Assembly: GCA_965243025.1 (NCBI GenBank)
Contig: CBDETY010000003.1
Coordinates: 4,256,001-4,320,000 of the forward strand
Reading direction: 5' to 3'
DNA: 64,000 nt
DNA from: Candidatus Latescibacterota bacterium
GTDB lineage: Bacteria; Latescibacterota; UBA2968; UBA8231
The notes under the pieces are model-generated. The model worked only from the letters and a program-made list of their open reading frames with translations, was not told the origin of the DNA and ran no database searches. Made by a program: the position numbers and the translations under genes. Positions 57,326-64,000 of this stretch are shown here, one piece after another. Positions within the stretch are counted from its first letter, which is position 1; every line of letters begins with the position of its first letter.

Positions 57326-58087
57326 ATGCGTCTGAACCGGTTCATGGCCCGCGCCGGCGTCGCTTCCCGGCGCAAGAGCGACAATCTCATCCGCCGCGGC
57401 GCCGTGCGGGTCAACGGAGAGGTGGTGGCGGCTCCGGGCCGCCCGGTAGGCGGAGAGGACCGGGTGGAGGTCGACGGCATCCCGGTCCGGCTGCCGGAGG
57501 ATTCGCAGTACCTGCTGCTCAACAAGGCTGCCGGCACCCTGGTGACGCGTCGCGAAAGGAGCGGCAGGCCTACCGTTTTCGAAGGCATCGAAGAGGTGCG
57601 CGCCGCTACTGTCGCCGTCGGCCGCCTCGACAGGGATACCACCGGGGTGCTGCTGCTCACCGACGACGGCGAGCTCGCCCATCGCCTGATGCACCCGCGT
57701 TTCGAGGTCGACAAGCGCTACCGCGCCCTCGTCGAGGGGGTGCCGTCCGCGGCGGCGCTGCGGCAGCTGCGGGACGGGGTGCTTCTCGAGGACGGGATGA
57801 CCGCCCCGGCCCGGGTGCGGATCGTGTCGCGCCCTTCCGCGGGGCGCCCTTTCTGCGAGCTCGAGCTCTGCATCCACGAAGGGCGCAAACACCAGGTCAA
57901 GCGGATGTGCGCCGCTGTCGGCCACCGCGTCAGGAGGTTGCACCGCGAGGCGTTTGCCGGCATGACCGCCGCCGACCTGCAGCCCGGGCAGTACCGCAGG
58001 TTGCGGGAAGCCGAAACACGGGATCTGAGATCCCTTGCGGGGTTGCCGGTCAGGGAAGTACTTCAGCCGTGGCCCCCAGGAGATTGA
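57326..58087 (+). CDS. rluB: 23S rRNA pseudouridine synthase (RluB/RsuA family)
   Basis: S4 domain; VGRLDRDTTG and EGRKHQVKRM motifs. Confidence 0.88.
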   Translation: MRLNRFMARAGVASRRKSDNLIRRGAVRVNGEVVAAPGRPVGGEDRVEVDGIPVRLPEDSQYLLLNKAAGTLVTRRERSGRPTVFEGIEEVRAATVAVGRLDRDTTGVLLLTDDGELAHRLMHPRFEVDKRYRALVEGVPSAAALRQLRDGVLLEDGMTAPARVRIVSRPSAGRPFCELELCIHEGRKHQVKRMCAAVGHRVRRLHREAFAGMTAADLQPGQYRRLREAETRDLRSLAGLPVREVLQPWPPGD

Positions 58088-58740
58088 CCATCGCCGTCGA
58101 CGGGGTCATCGGTGCCGGCAAGACGACGACCGCCCGCGCCGTGGCGCAGGAGTTGGGCTACCGCCACATCGACACCGGGGCCTTTTACCGCACCGTGGCC
58201 CTGGCGGCGATGCGCGCGGGAATCCGTCCCCGCGAGGAGGCCGTCGAGCGTTTTCTCGCCGAGCTCGACATTTCCTGGGTAGATGCGGGCGGGAAAGTGC
58301 GCATGGTGCTCGACGGCGAGGACGTCAGCGACGAGATACGCCGGCCGGAGGTGACCCGGGCGGTGGGAGCTTTCGCCGACTTGCCCCGGGTGCGCCGGGC
58401 GCTCATCGAACACCAGCGGCGGCTGGGCCGCAAAGGCGGCGTGGTCGCCGATGGACGGGATGCCGGCACGGTGGTTTTTCCCGATGCCGACCTCAAGATC
58501 GTCATGACTGCCGATCTCGAGGAGCGGGCCCGGCGGCGCTTCCGGGAATTGACAAAAAAGGGGGTGAATACAACGCTGCGGCAGGTGACTGCCGACATTC
58601 GCACCCGCGATCGCGAGGATTCGCAGCGGGATTACGGCGCCGCTCACGGCGGCGACACCGTCGTACTGGATACGACGGGAATGACTATCGAACAGCAGGT
58701 CGACCGCATCGTGGCCCTGGCGCACGAGCGCGGCGCCTAG
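58069..58740 (+). CDS. cmk: Cytidylate kinase
   Basis: IAVDG..GAGKTT, DTGAFYR and DGRDAGTVVFP motifs. Confidence 0.93.
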   Translation: MAPRRLTIAVDGVIGAGKTTTARAVAQELGYRHIDTGAFYRTVALAAMRAGIRPREEAVERFLAELDISWVDAGGKVRMVLDGEDVSDEIRRPEVTRAVGAFADLPRVRRALIEHQRRLGRKGGVVADGRDAGTVVFPDADLKIVMTADLEERARRRFRELTKKGVNTTLRQVTADIRTRDREDSQRDYGAAHGGDTVVLDTTGMTIEQQVDRIVALAHERGA

Positions 58741-58775
58741 CTGAATTCAGGAAACCGAAAGGAAACAGACACATC

Positions 58776-60632
58776 ATGTCCGACGAAACACCGGCGGTTG
58801 CCGTGGAAGAAGATCCCGGCAGCCCCGAAAAACCGCAGTACGGAAACATCAGGATCGAGGATCTCGATACGCCGGAGTACTCCGACGAGCAGATGCAGGA
58901 GTTCACGGCGATGTACGAAGAGAGCTTTTCCGGCAAGAACGAAGGTGAAATCGTCCAGGGCCGCGTCGTCGGCATCCACCCGCAGGAGGTGCTGGTCGAT
59001 ATCGGCTTCAAGTCGGAAGGCGCCATTCCGATCAGGGAGTTCTCCGATCCGGAGGCGATCGCCATAGGCAACGAAGTCGAGGTTTTCCTCGAGAATGTCG
59101 AAGACCTCGAGGGCCGGGTCGTGCTCTCGAAGCAGAAAGCCGACTTCATGCGCGTGTGGGACGAAATCAAGGACTCCCACGATGCCGGCACGACGGTGAA
59201 GGGAAAGCTGACGCGACGGATCAAGGGCGGTATCGTCGTCGACCTGTTCGGGGTCGAGGCCTTCCTGCCCGGCTCGCAGATCGACATCCGGCAGGTGAAG
59301 AACTTCGATCAGTTCCTGGGGCAGCAGTTCGATTTCAAGATCATCAAGCTCAACAAGACGCGGCGCAACATCGTCGTCTCCAGGCGCGCCGTGCTCGAGG
59401 AGGAACGCGAGCGTTTGCGCCGGGAAATCATCAAGGAGCTCGAAGAGGGACAGGTGCGGGAAGGGGTGGTCAAGAACATCACCGATTTCGGCGCCTTCAT
59501 CGACCTGGGGGGCATCGACGGTCTGCTGCACATCACCGACATGTCCTGGGGCCGCGTCAGCCATCCTTCCGAGATGGTGTCCATCGGCGACCGCATCAAG
59601 GTCAAGGTCCTCAACTACGACCGCGAGCGCGAGCGCATTTCCCTCGGACTCAAGCAGCTGACCACGCATCCATGGGAGATGATCGACGAGCGTTTCTCCG
59701 AAGGCACGCAGACCCAGGGGAAAGTGGTCAGCATCACCGACTACGGCGCCTTCGTCGAACTGGAGGAGGGGGTCGAAGGTCTCGTTCACATCTCGGAGAT
59801 GTCGTGGACCCAGCACGTGCGCCATCCCTCGAAGCTGGTTTCCATCGGCGACCTCGTCGAGGTCGTCGTCCTCAAGCTCGACAAGGAAGCGCAGAAGATC
59901 TCCCTCGGGATGAAGCAGACCGATCCGGACCCGTGGGAGGTGCTCGACACCAACTACCCCCCGGGCAGGCGCCTCGAGGGCATGGTCAAGAGCCTCACCA
60001 ACTTCGGCGCCTTCGTCGAGATCGAAGAGGGCATCGACGGCCTCGTCCACATCTCCGACATGTCCTGGACCCGGCGAATCCGCCAGGCCAGCGAGATGTT
60101 CAAGAAAGGAGACGTCATACCGGTGGTCGTCACCGAGGTCGACAAGAAGAGGAGGCGGATCTCTCTCAGCCACAAGCTCGGCCTGGAGAACCCATGGCCG
60201 AAGCTGGCGGAGCTGTACGCGGTGGGGACTTCGACCAGCGGCAGGATCTCGCGGGTTCTCGAGCGCGGCGTGGTTGTCGGCCTCGATCACGACGTCGACG
60301 GCTTCGTGCCGCTGTCGCAGCTCGGCATCGAGAATCTGCAGACCCCCAGGCAGTGCTTCGAGGTCGACCAGGAGTTGCCGCTGAAGATCATCGAGTTCGA
60401 CGAGGAGCAGAAGAAGATCGTGCTCAGCGTGCTCGCCTACCTCAAGGACAAGGACCAGGAGGAAGTCGACGCCTACCTGACCCGTCATCCGGTGAAAGAG
60501 GTGGCGATCGACGACGTGGCGGACGACCAGGACGAGGAGATGGAAAGCTGGGGCGACGACGGAGAACCTGCCGGAGAAGCCCCCGAACCCGCTGCCGACG
60601 AGGGCCGGGCGAAGAGCTCTCCTGAGTCGTAA
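58776..60632 (+). CDS. rpsA: 30S ribosomal protein S1
   Basis: Six S1 repeats (DIGFKSEG, ITDFGAFIDLGG, etc.). Confidence 0.97.
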   Translation: MSDETPAVAVEEDPGSPEKPQYGNIRIEDLDTPEYSDEQMQEFTAMYEESFSGKNEGEIVQGRVVGIHPQEVLVDIGFKSEGAIPIREFSDPEAIAIGNEVEVFLENVEDLEGRVVLSKQKADFMRVWDEIKDSHDAGTTVKGKLTRRIKGGIVVDLFGVEAFLPGSQIDIRQVKNFDQFLGQQFDFKIIKLNKTRRNIVVSRRAVLEEERERLRREIIKELEEGQVREGVVKNITDFGAFIDLGGIDGLLHITDMSWGRVSHPSEMVSIGDRIKVKVLNYDRERERISLGLKQLTTHPWEMIDERFSEGTQTQGKVVSITDYGAFVELEEGVEGLVHISEMSWTQHVRHPSKLVSIGDLVEVVVLKLDKEAQKISLGMKQTDPDPWEVLDTNYPPGRRLEGMVKSLTNFGAFVEIEEGIDGLVHISDMSWTRRIRQASEMFKKGDVIPVVVTEVDKKRRRISLSHKLGLENPWPKLAELYAVGTSTSGRISRVLERGVVVGLDHDVDGFVPLSQLGIENLQTPRQCFEVDQELPLKIIEFDEEQKKIVLSVLAYLKDKDQEEVDAYLTRHPVKEVAIDDVADDQDEEMESWGDDGEPAGEAPEPAADEGRAKSSPES

Positions 60633-60678
60633 CCACCCGGCGGCAGCCCGCCTGCCGCCCCGGGAGGCCGCTTTCCGT

Positions 60679-60709
60679 GGAAAGGCCGGGGGATTCCCCC
60701 GGCCTTTCC
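60679..60709 (+). terminator. Hairpin after rpsA
   Basis: GGAAAGGCCGGGGG/CCCCCGGCCTTTCC 14-bp stem. Confidence 0.55.
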
Positions 60710-60815
60710 CGTTTGGTTGCCGCAACTCCTCGTTTCCGCGGCCGTTGTATGGACCGCGCCCCCCGTTATTTTCATATCAATCGATCCCCACACCGCCCGT
60801 TTCCCACGCGACCCG

Positions 60816-63614
60816 ATGGCAGCGCAAGCCAAACTCACGCCAGCGATGCAGCAGTTCATGCGTTTCAAACGCCGGCACGCGGATGCCATCCTGTTTTTCC
60901 GCATGGGGGATTTCTACGAGATGTTCTACGACGACGCCAGGGAGGCGGCGTCGCTGCTGGGTCTGACCCTGACGACGCGGAACCACGGCCACGGCAGCGG
61001 CGAGGTTCCGCTGGCGGGAGTACCCCACCACGCTGCCGACCGCTATGTCGCCAGACTCGTGCAGATGGGGAAGAAGGTGGCCATCTGCGAGCAGGTCGAA
61101 GATCCAAAGGAAGCCAGGGGCATCGTAAAGCGGGACGTCGTGCAGGTGGTGTCGCCCGGCACCGCCCTCCTGGATTCGATGCTCGACGAGCACAGCAACA
61201 ACTACACGATAGCCCTGGTCCCCGGCGGGGAGGCGACGGACGAAGAGACCTGCGTCGGCCTCGCCGCGGTCGATCTGTCGACCGGCGACTTTTCGCTCGA
61301 CGAGCTGCCCGCTGCAGCAGTGGGAGACGAGTTGCAACGGATGGGCCCGGCGGAACTGGTCCTCGCCCAGTCCCTCGGCCAGGACTGGATGGGCATCGTC
61401 GAGGACAGCTCCCCCGGAGTGCCTGTCAGCCGCCTCGAGGACTGGCAGTTCGAGCACCGGCACGCCTACGAGTCCCTGACCGAGCAACTCGGAGTGCGCT
61501 CCCTGCGCAGCTTCGACTGCGACGACTGCGACCTGGCGGTCAGGGCGGCCGGCGGAGTGCTGGAGTACCTGCGGGAGAACCAGCGCGGCGCCGTCGCCCA
61601 CATCAACCGCATTCGCCGCCGGCGCCGCAACGACCACCTGTTCCTCGACGCGGCTGCGCAGCGCCATCTCGAGCTTTTCGCCACCAACCAGGAAAACAGC
61701 CGCGCCGGCTCCCTCATCGAGGTTCTCGACTGCACGCGCACCGCCATGGGGGCGCGCCTCCTGCGCCAATGGCTCGGCGCACCGCTGCTCGACGTCGCCG
61801 CGATCGGGCGCCGGCTCGACGACGTGGCTGCCCTGCTCGAATCGGCGTCGATCCGGGCCGGCCTCCGCCTGCAGCTCGGCGACGTCGGAGACCTCGAGCG
61901 CCTGATAGCTCGCATCTGTTGCGGGCGGGCGAACGCCCGGGACCTCACCGGGCTGGCCGGTTCGCTGGCCCGGGTACCGGAGGTCGCCAGGCTGGCGCGG
62001 GAACTGCCGCGGCCTGCCGGCCGGGAGCCGACCGGACTGGAACGGGCACTGTCCGCTCTTCCCGACACGACCGGGCTCGTCGACCTGATCGGCGCCGCCC
62101 TCGTCGACGATCCGCCCGCCTCGACAGGAGACGGCGGTCTCTTCCGCGACGGTTACGACGAGGAGCTCGACGAGCTCCGGGAGATTCAGTCAGGGGGAAG
62201 AGACTGGATCGCGCGCCTTCAGGCCGGCGAGCGGGAGCGCACCGGAATCGCCTCGCTGAAAGTCGGTTTCAACCAGGTGTTCGGCTACTACATCGAGGTC
62301 AGCAAGGCGAACCTCGCACGCGTTCCCGACGACTACGAGCGCAAGCAGACCCTGGCCAATGCCGAGCGCTACATCACCCCCGGCCTCAAGGAGCGCGAAG
62401 CGCAGATTCTCAACGCGACCGAGCGCATCGCCGAGCGCGAGAGCCGGCTGTTCGCCGAGCTCCGCGAACGCGTTTCCAGAAGGGCTCCCGAGGTGCAGGA
62501 GTGCGCCCGCGCCATAAGCGCCATCGACGTGCTGGCGGCCCTGGCTGAAACAGCGGAGGAAGGGGGGTACGCGCGCCCGGTGATCGACGACGGCCCCGCA
62601 ATCGAGATTTCCGGGGGGCGGCACCCCGTCGTCGAGCGCCAGCTCCGGGAGGGACGGTTCGTCCCCAACGACCTGCGCGTCGGCAGCGACGAGCAGATCC
62701 TCCTGATCACCGGTCCGAACATGGCGGGAAAAAGCACCGCGATACGCCAGCTCGGGATAACCGTCATCCTGGCGCAGATGGGAAGCTTCGTGCCGGCGCG
62801 GCAGGCGCGTATCGGGGTGGTCGACCGCATTTTCACCCGGGTCGGGGCCTCTGACAGCCTGGCGCGCGGGGAGAGCACTTTCATGGTGGAGATGATCGAG
62901 GCGGCGACGATCCTCAACAACGTCGCCGACCGCAGCCTGATCCTGATGGACGAGCTGGGCCGCGGCACGAGCACCTTCGACGGCTTGAGCCTCGCCTGGG
63001 CGATCGTCGAGCACCTCCACCAACGGGACGGGATCCGGCCCCGCATGTTGTTCGCGACCCACTATCACGAGCTCACCGAGCTGGAACAGAAGCTCGAGCG
63101 CGTGGTCAACTACAACGTCGCGGTTCGCGAAGAAGAGGACCGGGTGGTTTTCCTGCACCGGCTGGTGCCCGGTCCCGCCGACCGCAGCTACGGCATTCAC
63201 GTGGCCCAGATGGCGGGGATGCCGGGATCGGTTATCGAGCGCGCCCGCGAGATCCTGACGCGCCTGGAAAGCGAGCAGATCGACGCCGGGCAGATCCGCC
63301 CGGGCCCTGGAGCGGCCGCGGGCGAGCCGCCCTCCACCCCGTCACCGGAGAACGGAGACCCCCCCGAGGATGAGCGCCGTCTCCTGCGCGACCAGATGGA
63401 CCTTTTCGACCAACCGGGGGAGTGGCCGGCCGCCCTGCGGCTGCTGCGCGAGCTCGGGGAGCTGTCCCTCGACGACACCACGCCGATGCAGGCCCTGCAA
63501 CTGCTCCACCGCTGGCGGTCGGAATGCGACGGCAGCGGCTCCGGCGGCAGCGGGCCGGAAGGCGACTGTGGGACGGACAGCGCCGCGGCGGGAAGACCCA
63601 ACGGCCGCGGCTGA
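60816..63614 (+). CDS. mutS: DNA mismatch repair protein MutS
   Basis: FRMGDFYEMF, GPNMAGKST, DELGRGTST and FATHYHEL motifs. Confidence 0.97.
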   Translation: MAAQAKLTPAMQQFMRFKRRHADAILFFRMGDFYEMFYDDAREAASLLGLTLTTRNHGHGSGEVPLAGVPHHAADRYVARLVQMGKKVAICEQVEDPKEARGIVKRDVVQVVSPGTALLDSMLDEHSNNYTIALVPGGEATDEETCVGLAAVDLSTGDFSLDELPAAAVGDELQRMGPAELVLAQSLGQDWMGIVEDSSPGVPVSRLEDWQFEHRHAYESLTEQLGVRSLRSFDCDDCDLAVRAAGGVLEYLRENQRGAVAHINRIRRRRRNDHLFLDAAAQRHLELFATNQENSRAGSLIEVLDCTRTAMGARLLRQWLGAPLLDVAAIGRRLDDVAALLESASIRAGLRLQLGDVGDLERLIARICCGRANARDLTGLAGSLARVPEVARLARELPRPAGREPTGLERALSALPDTTGLVDLIGAALVDDPPASTGDGGLFRDGYDEELDELREIQSGGRDWIARLQAGERERTGIASLKVGFNQVFGYYIEVSKANLARVPDDYERKQTLANAERYITPGLKEREAQILNATERIAERESRLFAELRERVSRRAPEVQECARAISAIDVLAALAETAEEGGYARPVIDDGPAIEISGGRHPVVERQLREGRFVPNDLRVGSDEQILLITGPNMAGKSTAIRQLGITVILAQMGSFVPARQARIGVVDRIFTRVGASDSLARGESTFMVEMIEAATILNNVADRSLILMDELGRGTSTFDGLSLAWAIVEHLHQRDGIRPRMLFATHYHELTELEQKLERVVNYNVAVREEEDRVVFLHRLVPGPADRSYGIHVAQMAGMPGSVIERAREILTRLESEQIDAGQIRPGPGAAAGEPPSTPSPENGDPPEDERRLLRDQMDLFDQPGEWPAALRLLRELGELSLDDTTPMQALQLLHRWRSECDGSGSGGSGPEGDCGTDSAAAGRPNGRG

Positions 63615-63755
63615 CCCGGCGGCCGCGACCACGTGGCGGCCTCCTGATTGCCGAGAGCCCGGGGCCGGCGCCCCCCGGCGAGGACATTCTCTTCCCCGGG
63701 ATCGGTTGGCACTGTCCCTTCCATACCCTGCACCCAACCCGGCGGCAGCCCTGCC

Positions 63756-64000
63756 GTGAACTCCCGCGGAACCGGCGCCAGACCGGTAGAGGACGATCTC
63801 CTGTTCGGACGGAACGCCGTGCGCGCCGCTCTCCAGGGCGGGCGCCCGCTTCGCCGGGTCGTCGTCAGCCGCCAGGCTTCCGGGGCGACGGTCGAGGAGA
63901 TCGTCGCCCTCGCCCGGAACACCGGTATCCCCGTCCTGTTTCGCCCGCGCGCCGAGCTCGACCGCCTTGCCGGGCGCCGCCACCAGGGAGTGGTCGCCCT
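63756..64000 (+). CDS. rlmB: 23S rRNA (Gm2251) methyltransferase, N-terminal part (runs off the window)
   Basis: LFGRNAVRAAL...ELDRLAG..HQGVVA. Confidence 0.85.
   Translation, partial: MNSRGTGARPVEDDLLFGRNAVRAALQGGRPLRRVVVSRQASGATVEEIVALARNTGIPVLFRPRAELDRLAGRRHQGVVA

Overview
High-GC bacterial window. The efp-accB-accC-gcvH synteny and secreted EF-hand/FlgD-tailed proteins suggest an FCB-group organism such as Latescibacterota or Gemmatimonadota, possibly a sponge symbiont (inference). It has four parts. (1) 1-1.2 kb: the end of a type I-G CRISPR-Cas operon (cas3 tail, cas8g/Csb3-like), followed directly by a degenerate 3-repeat mini-array. Both spacers start with TGTCAAGCC plus a T-tract, the complement of an A-tract+TTGACA -35 promoter element. 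(2) 1.2-27.2 kb: a mosaic mobile island with several IS1595-family elements, RadC/JAB, a SWIB-J-domain fusion, a Cro-like operon, a frameshifted HEPN gene, IS630/ISAzo13/integrase remnants, a dispersed ~290-nt repeat family, a shared leader hairpin, and three large secreted eukaryote-like proteins (CARDB/dockerin, LRR, metalloprotease-WD40). (3) 27.2-36.3 kb: a metal cluster with an IS-truncated CusA/CzcA, a His-rich DUF318 permease fused to an SPFH domain, HflC and HflK paralogues with no FtsH in the window, a substrate-binding protein and a ZIP transporter. (4) 37-64 kb: mostly housekeeping (slt, DUF368, mutY, two DmpA-like peptidases, PhyH, dehydrogenase, enolase-family, MNT-HEPN, tRNA-Lys, efp, accBC, gcvH, HNH, scpAB, rluB, cmk, rpsA, mutS, rlmB). 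All calls come from motif recognition by eye; no database searches were run.
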